Origin: Octopus sinensis
Taxonomy: Eukaryota
Direction of reading: 5' to 3'
Length of the DNA stretch: 64,000 bases
Assembly (NCBI RefSeq): GCF_006345805.1
Contig: NC_042997.1
Span: 202,058,001 to 202,122,000, forward strand
The position numbers and the translations under genes were made by a program. The notes beneath the pieces were generated by a model. It searched no databases. It was not told where the DNA came from and saw nothing but the letters and a program-made list of their open reading frames with translations. Each line of letters begins with the position of its first letter. The first letter of the stretch is position 1. Shown one piece after another: positions 10,760 through 24,049 of the stretch.

Positions 10760-12562
10760 TACTTTATGTGTCTACTTCTCATCCTTTTAGCTGCTCCTTG
10801 TGGCCCTTATGTGGTCTGCACTAGCAATACCATGAATGGGGCCTTGATGTTTAGGTAAACCTGGATTTCTAAACAGGACCACTCCAGTCTTGTTCAACAA
10901 ACTATAGTTGATTATGACCATTGTAATTGTCATCATCGTCATCATCATCAGTACCAGCCCATCATCATCATCATCATCATCTCAACCCTCAGTATCACAC
11001 CTGCCGTTTTCATCACACTGTCACCACCATCATCATCGTAATTTCTTTAAGTAAACTGATGTTTAAATAACATTCAATACTTATTCAACAAATGTAAAAT
11101 TTGTATGAAACCATATGAAAATTCTCTATTTAGTGGTTATATCTTCACAAAAGGTTTTTTTTCCCCCCCCTGTATATAATGCAAAAGATTGTGTGTGTGT
11201 GTGTGTGTTTGTAAATCTGTTGTGATTTCTTAAATTCATATTAAGCAATCGTTTATCAAATGTAATTTATTTTACATATCTCAAGACATTGATTAACATT
11301 TCATACAACTTATTTTAATCAAATAATTTCTATATTTTAATACCGAAACGAATTGTAAGAGTTTGCTTTCTTTCTTGCTCTATCGTAAAAATTACCATAA
11401 TTGAAAATAGTCTTATCTCAAGCTAAAGGGAATTGCTTTCAAGTATCATACATAGAATGAACTTTGTCTTCATCATCATCATCATCATTTTATTTTTTTG
11501 TTGGTGAAAGCAATATCTTAAATGGTTTTAAACAGTCATATCAAACCTGAAGCTTATCTCGTTTAGCTTGATACCAACAATTTCTAAACATTCTTTTATG
11601 TTCTTTTTTTTTCTTTTTTTTTTGCCGAAACTTTCTTTTCAGCACAATAATGTGATTTAAGTCTTAAAACCAAGAATTTACGTAGGGAGAAAGCAATTCA
11701 TAAATTCTGATGGCTGTTTATATATTGATTCTTATCAGAAGCAAAATAGATTGAATCTATTTCTCTAAGTTCTTGTTGTTCACCTTTTCCCACTACTATC
11801 AAACCACGAGTCCATTATCTTAATGAGTTTATGGTAGTTTTGTGAATGAGATATATCTCTCAATTAAAATCATTTTGTTTGAATTTCCAAGTCATTATCA
11901 TTTCAAAATTCATTACCAAACTATTAGTGTCAGTACCCCAGGTCCTCTTACAGACACTACCAATGTACCTTTTAGTGTTTAATTCACACAAATTTTAGAA
12001 TATTTCTGTTATTAAGTTTCACTGTTGTATTTTATTATTATTATTGTTTTATCAAATTCCTTTTATTTGCACAGTCTGAGACAGAAAGATGTCAAATTTG
12101 CACTCTATTGGAAATTTGGTTGTTAGTACCATAAAACTGCCATAATGATTTCCATTCAATGAATTTTTTTAAATTTAAATTTATTTTCTCAACTTTATTT
12201 TATTTTATGTTTTAGTTTTATTTTATTTTATTTTTCATTTTTTCTGATTTCATTTCCTCTTTTGGACATAAAATTGAATTAAATGAGAATGTTTAAGTAA
12301 TTACCAGTGTCATCCACCTCTTGATAAAACAGCAGTTATTTCTCTCTGATTACTGCTTTAAGTGTGTGTTTATTGTTTTCTTTTACTGAATCTATTTATG
12401 ATACAGTTAATATGTCTTAGCTTTTACATCTCTGCGTATGATATAAGCTTATCTAGTCAGACAGTGTCACACAGTCAGAATTAAACATTTAAAAATCTTC
12501 ATTACTATAAAATATTCATTATAGTTTTGATATATTTTGACCTTTCAAAAGGTATGTATGTA

Positions 12563-12598
<36 letters not shown>

Positions 12599-12826
12599 AA
12601 TTCAGATTATGATGAACGTAAACAAACAAATGAAGTTTGCTTTAGAAGTGTTGAAATGTCTTAGAAAGTTAAAGAAGTGATTTTAAATTATCAAACGCGG
12701 AATAATGCTAATAATATAGCTTGAACAGGATAAGCTACCACTGTTTTGCAGAAAAAATGTGTTGGCGGCCGGCCATGAGACACGAACTTACACCTTCGTG
12801 ATATATACATATATGTATATATATAT

Positions 12827-13014
12827 CGTGCCAGTGGTACGTAAAAAGCACCCACTACACTCTCGGAGTGGTTGGCATTAGGAAGGCATCCAGCTGTAGA
12901 AACTCTGCCAATTCAAGATTGGGGCCTGATGCAGCCATCTGGTTCACCAGCCCTCAGTCAAAATCGTTCAACCCATGCTAGCATGGAAAGTGGACGTTAA
13001 ATGATGATGATGAT
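12827..13014 (+). mobile_element. RTE-type LINE 3' end (group B)
   Basis: Shared core, ccatgctagcatgg stem-loop, (gat)n tail; follows a (TA)n tract. Confidence 0.88.
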
Positions 13015-13299
13015 AGTTTTATTTTCCATAATTTAAAATAACTTTGTGTATGAATCATTTATATGTATATTTTATATCATCATAATTGGGAAACAATATG
13101 TTTTTTTAATGGACCAATCACAGTTTCACTACAATTCTGATGGAAAGAATATCAAGAGAGTATCTGTAATTCAAAGCAGAACAAATACCTCAAAGGACTT
13201 TTTTTATTCCCTGTAATAAGTATTCGTATCCTTCGCCAATATAGATTTTGATGAATGATGGACTCATAATCATTTTATGCCTGCTTTGGTTAGAAGGGC

Positions 13300-13600
13300 C
13301 ATCACCTTCAAAGTTCATCATCCTGAAATCAGCATTTCCCAACTTTTCCGTGTCTTCCTCTTCTGCTGTTTCCTCTTGGCTCTCCTTTACTCAAATGTTG
13401 TCCTCCATGTGTATCATGCGTCCAACCAGTTCAGTCTTCTCTCTTGTATGCCTTATTTTCTTTCAGTCCATTTGTGCTTCCTCGTTCATACACATCCAGG
13501 AGAGTATACTCGCCTCATTTCTTTCTAATCTACGCATATGCTCAACATTCAAAACCCAGGTTTTGTAACCTAAACAACACTATACATATTGCAGTTCTGT
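13300..13600 (-). pseudogene. Decayed RTE-clade LINE ORF, region C-terminal to the RT domain
   Basis: Minus-strand GYKTWVLNVEHMRRLERNEASILSWMC...RRLNW/GRMIHMEDNI*VK, like the RTE YGSETW...LRW...RLRWFGHV pattern. Confidence 0.75.
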
Positions 13601-13678
13601 ATCATAGCTGGGTTAACAGGTTCCTGAACTTTTCCAACTACATTGTACTCTAGCTATTTTGCTTTGGAACACCCCAGG

Positions 13679-13989
13679 CAGCACTGAACTAACCATTAAA
13701 CAAAATAAGCATGTATTTAGGGCAAAAAGAAAATCACTTTAAACTTGCTAAAATAATATTCAAAGTGGTTTATATGATCAGGAATATAATTTCAAAGTGT
13801 TCATGGTGTCATGGTGAGGATCTGATCAAAGGATTTGCAATGAAAAGAAGTAGAAGACTTCTCAAATTTAAATAAAATGGAAGTATACAAAAATAAACAT
13901 TATTTTCCATCTTACTGTTAGTTTTGTTTCCTTTTGAAAAGTAAAAATTATCAGTGTTTAGGGCTTCTATTGGTCTTAACCCAGCCCTA
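13679..13989 (+). mobile_element. hAT-type MITE, diverged and deleted copy
   Basis: Colinear with 60558-61362; right end ttaacccagccct. Confidence 0.7.
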
Positions 13990-14245
13990 CTCTCACTTCA
14001 GTTTTTCCCACACCTCCTTCTTGCCTTTGCCTTCTTCCTCTTCATTTCATCTCTCTTTCTTTCTACTTCTCTCACCAAGTTCCTCTTCTTACTCCTACTT
14101 TTCCTGTGAATTTTCCTAAATCACACAAACACGAAATTCCTACACAGTTTTCTCCTACCAAATTCAAACTTATTTGGTCAGCTGGAGATTTTAATAAAAG
14201 AAAATGCCATTTCCCATCATTGCTATGCTATGAGATTGAACCCAG

Positions 14246-14610
14246 GGCCAAAAGGGTGACCCCCTTCAGTCTTGAATGACCATAGGATTGCACCTAGAAA
14301 GTTAACCTCCCGGACACAAGCTCAGGCAAGGTTGTTTATGAAAGACCAGCAGTTGCCCATGCATACCGGCCTCCCCTCTCCATGCCACCAATGTAATCCA
14401 AGGAAAGGCAAAGGGGGCCGATACAGCTTGGCACTAGTGATGTTGCAACTCATTTCTACAGCTGAGTGAACTGGAGCAACATGAAATAAAGTGTCTTGCT
14501 CAAGAACACAACACACAGCTCGGTCCAGGAATCAAACTCACAACCTCACGGTCACAACCTCACGGTCATAAGCTCAACGCTCTAACCACTGAGACATGTG
14601 CCTTCACACA
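14246..14610 (-). mobile_element. tRNA-headed SINE group D inserted in an old group A SINE
   Basis: Minus-strand head ctcagtggttagagcg...gagtttgattcc, ttcttgagcaagacacttt box; gaacccag duplicated at 14238 and 14611; matches 36582-36921. Confidence 0.85.
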
Positions 14611-15458
14611 GAACCCAGAACCACATGCTTGTGAAATAAGTTCCTTAACCTCACTGCCATATCTGCACCCTTGTCTTACACTAGTGCCAATTAGACAGGT
14701 TTTACCTGCCATTTCCAATAACTTCCCTATAATTTCACTTCATTCTCAACACGGCTGTGTGACTTCAACAACCTAAATTAGATTGATATAAACGCACACA
14801 CGCACACCCCCTACACACACACAAGTTACTGGCAGCGCTTGATTGACATTTGCATTAATTCTTCCACTGAGTTCACATTGATGATAGTAACCAATATTTG
14901 CAGCAACAATAGTTTCTCTCTAATGATTTCTTTTTTTATATATATATTTTTTAAGATTTATATATATTTTTGTTCTTTGTTTCTTGTGGATAGACAAACC
15001 CAGATATTTGCTCTCACAATAAATATGTTGTTACTGTTTTAAAAGAACCAAATTAATTGGAACAGATTTCCGTTTTTCTTACCTGTGCTTTAAATTATAT
15101 ATTGAACAATTATTATACCTATTTATTTGTTTTTGTTTCAGCTGCTAAACATCTATGATTTTTACTGCAAATGCTACAAATTATGTATAATTATATCCCT
15201 TAACAACCTTATAAACAATGAAAGGTTAACTATACTTATTCCCTGTTTGCAGTGTTTCGTTAATGCAATTTAATATCTATTGTTGTCTCTGATTTTGTTT
15301 TAAATCACCACAATTTTTGTTTTAAGTAGAGAAACATTTCTTTCTTTCTGGTTCGGTATAATTTTATTTCAATAAAATTACTGTGATAAAAATTTTAGGA
15401 CACAATTTTTCCTCCAAGTTTTGTAAAATCATATTCTTCAGCTCAATAACTGGAGTTT

Positions 15459-15871
15459 AGGGCAGCAAGCTGGCAGAATCATTAGCACACCAGGCGAAAT
15501 GCTTAGCGGTATTTCATCTGCCGCTACATTCTGAGTTCAAATTCTGCCAAGGTCAGCTTTGCCTTTCATCCTTTCGGGGTCAATTAAATAAGTACCAGTT
15601 ACGCACTGGGGTCGATATAATCAACTTAATCCATTTGTCTATCCTTGTTTGTCCTCTCTGTGTTTAGCCCCTTGTGGGTAGTAAAGAAATAGGTATTTTG
15701 TCTGCTGTTACGCTCGGAGTTCAAATTCCGCCGACTTTACCTTTCATCCTTTCAGAGTTGATTGAATAAGTACCGATTACACACTGGGATCAATGTAATC
15801 GACTTAATCCCTTTGTCTGTCCTTGTTTGTCCCCTCTATGTTTAGCCCCTTGTGGGCAATAAAGAAATAAA
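15459..15871 (+). mobile_element. Dimeric SINE group C
   Basis: Full monomer then a second monomer starting at ggtattt right after gtaaagaaata. Confidence 0.88.
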
Positions 15872-15939
15872 TAATTGTGGAGTTTTTTTCTTTCTATATT
15901 TTGATTTCTATCACGAGATGTCAACCCAAGGATGCACAC

Positions 15940-16130
15940 ATCTACAGACACTCACATATTTACATACAGGACAAACTTCCTTCGGTTTCCATCTACAAAT
16001 CCACTCACAAGGCTTTTGTTCGCCTGGGGCTATAGCAGAAGATATATACGCAAGGTGCTGCATAGTGAGATTGAACCCAAGACTACATCATTGGGAAGAA
16101 AGCTTCCTACCCACACAGCCACTACTGTAC
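15940..16130 (-). mobile_element. Old SINE group A head
   Basis: ttcggtttccatctacaaatccactcacaaggc...ccacacagccac. Confidence 0.75.
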
Positions 16131-17334
16131 CTATATATAATTAGTTATTCAGAAAATTTAGTTAAAACTTACCTCAGTCATTATCACTCCTGCAGCTGTG
16201 CAATTGGGTTTATCTTTCCGTCTAAGTTGTTATTTAGAAAGAAATGATATCTTAGTTAGGTAGCACAGATATGCTTTGGTTCATGATTTCACTTGCATCT
16301 GGTTTGTAGGGTGAAATCTCTGAAATAAAATGTCATCTTAATAAGATTAGAAGTGTGTCAACGTATAAAATTCCAATTCCATTTAAACCTGCTCTCGGCC
16401 AGAACATGCCATCTCTGTTACAACAGCAGTACAAATGATATAAAATGTTCTTTTCCTATTCACAGAAGACTCAGTTAATATTGTGTAAAGTAAGGTGATA
16501 TCGAGCAGAGTTTTAACAACTAATTCCCACATGGAAAATAGCAAAGCATTGCTGTAAATAGTTCGGTAGTTGATGGCAATAACTTGCTTGAAACTTCCCA
16601 CTTACCAACTAAAAGCTCCATGCTATCATTCAACGTATTTTAATGTTTTGGAAAGAAATTAATCTAAAAATATTGTAACTTTTGACTACTTTATCTTGAC
16701 ATCAGTTTGCTATAAAGTAAAAATTTGAAACCTTTTAAGGTATCGTAAAACAGGTGAAACTTTCAAGTTCAACTTGGAAAATACAAACTCTGCAAACAGC
16801 ACTTCCTTGCTACGACTACACTTTCCATTAGATAGAAATATAATGTAATTAATTTTACATCTCACTGTTATCGATAAGCAGGCATTAAATACCCATAAGC
16901 ATTCTCTTGTAACTTTCTTAGCTGCAAGTTCTCCAGTTATATCAAGTTGAGTGGCAAGTTAGTTCTAACATTTGCATCATCATCAGATGATTCTGGTCAG
17001 ACATAAATTCTACTCCCTCTCTCTTTCCCTCTCTCTCCTGTGCATACACAATAAATGTAAATATAATTGTCTGTTACAGTGTGTGTCAAAGCTTGTTCTT
17101 TCATCATTTTTAAACCAATAGATTTCAGGAATGCTTTCTTACAACAACAAAATATTCAGTTTAAAAACAAATTCACCAGAAAAGTAGTAAGTGGCGGCTG
17201 CTTTGTATCTCTGTAGATATTTATGCATGAAACAAGTACATAAGATGTTTGGCCTCAAGTCACATTGTCATGTCAGCACTTATAAGTCTGTTTATCTCCA
17301 CCCACCACCACCACCACTCTCTCTTTCTATTTCT

Positions 17335-17530
17335 TCGTTTAACACTCTTTTTCCATGGTGGCATGGTTGGATGCTTTGACATGATCTGGCAAGCTGCAGG
17401 GCTGCGTTGTGCTCCAATGTTAGCTTTGGCATGGGCTCTATGGTTAGATGTTCTTCCTAATGCCAACCACTTTACAGTATGTACTGGGGTCCTTTTTCAT
17501 GCCACCAGCACTATTGAAGTCATCAAGTAA
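17335..17530 (-). mobile_element. Old group B 3' end
   Basis: gatgttcttcctaatgccaaccactttacag core in reverse. Confidence 0.7.
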
Positions 17531-18047
17531 CTCGCAAGACAAGAAAATACCCCCTTAACTAAATAACTTTGATAGGTTTCAGCCAGTATAGGCCCAGGCC
17601 ATGTCTAACTTAATAGCACCACCTGTTGAAGTCTTTTAGTCATATACAGGGCACCATGGCCCACTCTAGCAGAGTTATTATTGTTGGAGACATATCCGAG
17701 TGTAGGAGGTTGGTCTGGGATTTTCTGAAGAAATTTGTGCAGTGAACATTTGAATTTTATGGGATCCGTTTCCGTTTTGCTATTAAATATCCGTTATGAT
17801 ATTAAAGAGAGCTGGACCAGTTAAGGTAAAGTAATTGTGATGTAATGTTGCTATGTGTCCTGAGTTCAGTATTTGTAGTCGAAACCACATGTAATGAAGC
17901 AACGACACCATACAAACAAGAGAAAGATAAGAGGATATTGATGGGGTACCAAGAAGATGGTAATGGTGAGGTACCTCAGAGAGAGTAAGAGAGAGAATGT
18001 GTTTGTGTGTAGCAGTCAGTCTCCAGAAATGTTCAAGTTATAAAATA

Positions 18048-18517
18048 TATTTATTTCTTTATTGCCCATAGAGGGATGGGGCTAAACATAGAGGGGACAA
18101 ACAAGGACAGACAAAGGGATTAAGTCGATTACACTGACCCCAGTGCATAACTGGTACTTATTTAATAGACCCCAAAAGCATGAAAAGCAAAGTTTACTTT
18201 GGCAGAATTTGAACTCAGAACAGAATGGCAGACGAAATACTGCTAAGCATTTCGCCTGGCATGCTAACATTTCTGCCAGCTTACCACCATGGAGTGACCA
18301 AAATATTCTTTTCTACTCTAGGCACAAGGCATGAAATTTTAGGGGAGGGGGCCAGTCGATTAGATCAACTCCAGTATGCAACTGGTACTTAATTTATCAA
18401 ACCCAAAAAGAGAAAAGGCAAAGTCGACCTTGGCGGAATTTGAACTCAGAACGCAATGGCAGACTAAGTACTGCTAAGCATTTCGCCCAGCGTGTTAATG
18501 TTTCTTCCAGCTCGCTA
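18048..18517 (-). mobile_element. Two tandem SINE group C copies with different tails
   Basis: Copies at about 18048-18287 and 18300-18517. Confidence 0.85.
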
Positions 18518-19168
18518 CCCTAAAGTTATCAAATATATTGGCATTCAGTCCAACTGTGTAGATTTACATCTGACTGTATAATCTTGTAAGTGTAGGTCAA
18601 GAAAATTACTACTCCTCCTGTTACTGCTACTGTCACTATTGCTGTTGGTGTTTGCATATCGCATACATAGTGACAGTGGTGGGGGGGATGTAACAGAAAC
18701 TTCAGCTGATGTAGCTATTATTACTTGTGTTGCTTATCCTTGAATAACAATATCGATTGATTTATCAGCTTTCTATGATTGTACTTATTCTCTGGATGAA
18801 CCAATTGCCTGGCCCACTTTCACTATACCATCCTTACAATTCCTGACTGGAGCCAATCAACTTCATTTACACCACTCATATTTTTAACAATAGTAAAAAT
18901 GTCACATCTAATTTCTTCTTCTCTAAAAAATCTGTTTTCTAAGTTTGTTAACATGAAACCCACAAAACAGACAGTAAATTTTGGGAGTTTTTTTTTTTTT
19001 CTTCTTTCTATTATTCTTTATAAGTCCATAAATTTCAGTCACACCAATAATATAATGAATTTTAGAGCTGTAATCTCTGACTAGTTACAATATAAAGTTA
19101 TAGATTTGTCGCTAATCAAAGTATATAGCCAAAACAGTAAATGTGTGACATTATTTTGTTGGCTTATC

Positions 19169-19200
<32 letters not shown>

Positions 19201-19480
19201 TTATATAGGCTTCAAAATTATTGCCAAAAAAATTATTATCATCAATGAGAAAAAAGATTACAATAAAAATCATTGTGAATGAGAACATTACTTGCAGTAA
19301 AATGGGATTGATAAAGGTAGCCTCCTTCCACAAAATGATTTAATTGAACATTAGATAGGGCTGGTATTGATAATGAAATTAGATTTATGTGGATATGCAT
19401 CGACGTATATGATAAAAATTGAGTGGAAAGAGGAAAATGGCTTCTAGTTTACTGTAGTTAACAAATGTAAATTCTTCTTT

Positions 19481-19775
19481 GTCATCATCATCATTTAATG
19501 TCCGTTGGGTTGGTCAGTTTGACTAGGAACTGGTAAGCTGCACCAGGCTCCAATTGTCTGTTTTGGCATGGTTTCTATGGCTGGCGGCCCTTCTTTACAA
19601 AGTGTACTGGGTGCTTTTTATGTAGTACTAGCTTAGGAGCTATTTTACATGACATCAGCAAGGGTGCTTTTCACATGGCACCACCACAGGTGCTTTTTAT
19701 GCGGTGGCTTCAAAAGACCCCTCCAACCCATGCTAGCATGGAAAAGTTGGCATAAAACTCTGAAATTGAGGATGA
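19481..19775. mobile_element. Group B minus copy joined head-to-head to a plus-strand group B stub
   Basis: catcatcatttaatgtcc tail at left; ccaacccatgctagcatggaaa at 19722-19745. Confidence 0.65.
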
Positions 19776-20134
19776 TTTTAAGTCAGGTTCATTTTCACAT
19801 TGTTGCAGTCTTTGCTCATTCTCACACCAAATTTGAACCCTCCTCCTCTGCCAGTTTACCAATCTATTATATAAAAGTCTTTACTTGCAACACTTTCTAT
19901 TAGTTTGTTGACCATACCAAACACAGTCTGTGATTGTAGCTACCCCAAAAATGAAATGAATATATCATAGGGTAGAGAGAGCTTTTGAGTTTGGAAAGAC
20001 AAAAACAGCCCTGGTGTTAATAAAAATAATTGGCTTTTGTTTTGGTTTTTTTTGCTCTTTTTTTAGGGTCACATATTCTGATTGTTGGGAGGGGAGTCTG
20101 TCATTATCATCATTGCCAACAACAACAACAACAA

Positions 20135-20330
20135 CATCTGTTTTTCATGTTGGCATGGATTAGACTGTTTGATAGAAGCTGGCAAGGCCAGGAGCTGCAC
20201 CACGTTCCATTGTCTGTTGTTTTGGCATGGTTCCTGCTGCTGGATGCTCTTCCTAACATCAACCACTTTACAGAGTGCACTGGATGTTTTTTAAGTGTTA
20301 TCAGCACTAGTGCTTATTACGTGGCACAAC
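20135..20330 (-). mobile_element. Old group B 3' end
   Basis: ctggatgctcttcctaacatcaaccactttacagagtg core in reverse. Confidence 0.7.
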
Positions 20331-22249
20331 ACCAAGGCTGCATATAGACAACCTAAATGATTTCAGTACGTTACTGATTCATATTTCATTGACTATGGAG
20401 AGATAAGAATAGGCCCCCTCAGAATTTGAACTTGAAATGTAAAGGAGTGTTATTATATTACTAAACACTGCAGAGCATCTTGCCTGATGCACCACTAATT
20501 CTAGCATTAACTTATATTGGAATGAATCTGTTGGAACATTCATTTGTGAAGTAAAATACCTCCCAAACTGTTTTTACTATGTAACAAATACCAGCTTTAG
20601 AAAACTTGAGCTTTACTACCTGTTTAGAAAACAAGCACTTAAAATAAAAAACGAGGGTGATGATTGATAGTTTGAACTCATTGTTCTGTTTCAATTGTTT
20701 GTTTATGTTATTTTATTTATTTTTTATCGCTGTTTACTAATAATGTGATGTTTACATTCAGAATTGCTACATGGAGAAAATAGTGGAAAATTATAGATAT
20801 TTTAACTTTTTGTTAAGAAATTTCTTAAGCGTTCCAATTCTGAAAATAAGAGTTTACTAAATGATTCTTGTTCTACTTTCAACTGAATAACTATTTTTAT
20901 AAATGAAATATAGAATAAAGAAAATATCGGGGAATTAGTATCTAATATTTCTTGAGTTTTTCGCACAAACTGTTCCTTGTTAATTCTGTTTTGTTTAGAA
21001 ATTTAAAGTTTACAGTTTTCAGAGAGTAAGATTCCTTTAGAGCATATTCTAATACTGTCATAGTTTTGTTCCATTTAACTGTTATTACCATGGTCTGTCA
21101 AGTAGAATCTCAAAGTGAAATGTTCTGAGATAGGGATTTCCTAAGTAGGAACGTACTACAGAAGACAAACTACATACAAACCATTACATTGCTGACATCA
21201 AACACACAAATTACTTTTGAACACTGATAGAATGAAGGATTCTTCTGGCTGACAATATGGATTGGAATTTGTGTGTGCTTACATCTGGGGAAAAGCTGAA
21301 ACGACTATTATGTATCGACTTTGAATGGAAAGCCAGACTAGAAAGTGATGTGTTATGGAGGGTTTCCTGTCTTTCCCGTGGGTTATATATTGATGGGAAA
21401 GCTGCTAAGCTGAGAATTCACCAGGTGAACAGTTTCGCAGAATATTAAAAAGTTATTCAATAGACTGAATATTCTGGAACAGCTTTTATGAATTCTGTAA
21501 AGATCCAAGTCATAGAAAACACTGCGTTGTAGGATTGGTAAAAGCGATGACAATGAAAGACTGGAGCCCTAGAAATTAGATATAAAGGGAAGAAAAATTT
21601 AGAGAAAATAATTATTAATGCCACAGTTGGTGTTGGCAGTGGTAGTTGGTGACAGTAGGGTTGGTAGTGGTGGTGGTTGTAGTGATGGTGGTGGTGGTAG
21701 TAGTAGTAGTAGTAGTTGATGTTGTTTAACTACTAGTTTCCCTGATCCAATAGATCTACAATTAAAGACATTCCAACCATAACCATCACATCTTTTTTTT
21801 TTTTGTATATTGAGGGCTACAATGCTCAATTTGTCCTTCAGATGGTAGCGTGAGATTTGAGGGTGATTTAGCTGCTATTACTTACCAGTTGAATGACTGC
21901 ATATGGGTGTCCTTGTTGGCATGTAAGAAGGTGTATGTATAAATATGTAATACTGTATATTAAACCTTTATCTATATGGTGGAAATGTTTAAGGCTTCTT
22001 TCTTTCTTTGTAGATTTTGGGATTGATTGAGTAGCAGACAAGGATTCTGGATAATTTGTTATATTTACTTTACTTTACATGATTACGATCTTATGTTAAC
22101 TTTCAAGTCTTTCTTAATTATTGCCATTTAGGCTGTAACTATTTAGAATGGTGAATTTGTTAACTTTGGCTTGTATGAGATAAGGATAAGCTATTTATTA
22201 CTGTTACTAAATTTTCTACAGCCACCTTCACATTCCATGACTACCATTA

Positions 22250-22470
22250 GGAACGATCAGATATCAGACCAGAATTCTGGGTTATTTTTACCTTTCTTTT
22301 TTTACTTAATTTTTGAAAGTGGTCAGGTTCGCTTTTAGTATTCTCGTTTGTGAGAGCAGTCGAGTTTATTTCAGATGTTCTTCTTTTAAAAATTATCTCT
22401 GGCTAATCGTTGAGAGGACATTGGTGTTGCCTTGGCAGAGGTTTGCACTCTCTGAATGCATGCTTTTGCT
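22250..22470 (+). mobile_element. HINE-like element, 3' part
   Basis: Matches 4760-4950 including gccttggcagaggtttgcactctctga; a further piece lies at 22011-22060. Confidence 0.7.
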
Positions 22471-22566
22471 TTTTATTGCTGAATTGTTTTTGGTGGTGGT
22501 CATGGTGCTAATGATGGTTGGAATATACCTTCTTTGCCTAGTTTTCCTTTGCTCTTATATTTGTAT

Positions 22567-22937
22567 TGGAGGCACAATGGCCCAGCGGTTAGGGCAGCAG
22601 ACTTGTGGTCATGGGATCACAGTTTCAATTCCCAGACCAGGCGTGGTGAGTGTTTATTGAGCAAAAACACCTAAAAGCTCCACGAGGCTCCAGCAGGGGG
22701 TGGTGGTGAACCCTGCTGTACTCTTTCTCTCACTCTTTCTTCCTGTTTCCGTTGTACCTGTATTTCAAAGGGCCAGCCTTGTCCCACACTGTGTCACGCT
22801 GAATCTCCCTGAGAACTACGTTAGGGGTACATGTGTCTGTGGAGTGCTCAGCCACTTACACATCAAGTTCATGAGCAGGCTGTTCTGTTGCTTAGATCAA
22901 CTGGAACCCTCATCGTCGTAACCAATGGAGTGCCACG
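22567..22937 (+). mobile_element. tRNA-headed SINE (group D variant) with 10-bp TSD
   Basis: tggcccagcgg A-box-like, gtttcaattccc B-box-like; atatttgtat at 22557-22566 and 22938-22947. Confidence 0.82.
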
Positions 22938-23219
22938 ATATTTGTATGAGTGAATTAGAAATTATTTTGTTATAAAAATGCAAATTTATTGTTAAATTAT
23001 AAAAGTTCCTCATTAGTAATAACTGTAAAATTTCTAACCACATAGAGCAGTCTAATCACTGCATATTTAATATTTATGTCTTCTTTTTCATGATGCAAAA
23101 TAATTGAACATTAAACGAAAGATGAATTGTTAACTAAAAATATTCTAAAAAACAAGCAGCTTCATTGTAAGAGTAGAGTAGGAATTAATTCATAACTACA
23201 ATTTATTACACACAATCTA

Positions 23220-23545
23220 ACATAGCCCCAGGCCAACTAAAGCCTTGTGAGTGGATTTCACAGATGGAAACTGAAAGAAGTTTGTCGTGTGTGTGGGGGG
23301 GTGGGTGTTTTTGCCTTTGTGTGTTTATGTCTCCTTGTCTTGATATCTTGTTATAGTTGTAAATGAGTGTCACTGTTGCCATTCGTTTCTAGTCTTCCAT
23401 GAAAAGCATGTCTGGGAATAGGGAAATATTACCTTGCTTGGATACAAGTGAAGTTGGCAACAGGAAGGACATCCTGCTGTAGGAAAGGTGCTTCAACAAA
23501 TTCCATCTGATCCATGCAAGCATAGAAAAGTGGACATTAAAATGT
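23220..23545 (+). mobile_element. SINE with group A body and RTE-like tail
   Basis: gccttgtgagtggattt...ggaaactgaaagaag, then caggaaggacatcc...ccatgcaagcatagaaaagtggacattaaaatg. Confidence 0.7.
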
Positions 23546-23562
23546 GAATAAATTTATCATAA

Positions 23563-24012
23563 GTATTATTATTATTATTATTATTATTGAGTGAGATAGC
23601 AGTGCATGCCATCAAAGTGACACTGGGGTAAAATATACAAAGCCCAATATACCCATCATAACTACCCGTCTGATAAGGGTACACCAGGCACATGCATCAC
23701 AACCATATGTGCATGACATGGTGATCTCATATCAAGATAAACAGCACATGACCTTGTAGGTGGGGCCCAGTTAGAATTTTCTTCTGGTCTAGTAGCTCAT
23801 CCCGCTCAAAAGGTCCCTGAATAAGGATTGCTTAAGGATGTTGAACGAACCACCCATGTTTCCAAAGGCGAATTATTCAAACCTCCAAGAACCCCTTTCA
23901 ACACACGTTCATGATGCTCCCCCACTACTTCTGCTCGTGATCAGAGACGCACATATCGTCAGTCACCAAGGGACATGCTCAACTGGTTACGGTCAAACAA
24001 CTGAGAAGCAAA
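23563..24012 (-). mobile_element. Unclassified retroposed element with (AAT)n tail
   Basis: GC-richer block bounded by (ATT)n on the left and (TTG)n on the right; only one copy in the window. Confidence 0.45.
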
Positions 24013-24046
<34 letters not shown>

Positions 24047-24049
24047 CAG

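Noticed and set aside
12075-12121. Possible small exon after ttttatttgcacag
   Set aside because: Good acceptor but only a moderate GTTAGT donor, 47 nt, no recognisable peptide; cannot be supported without RNA data
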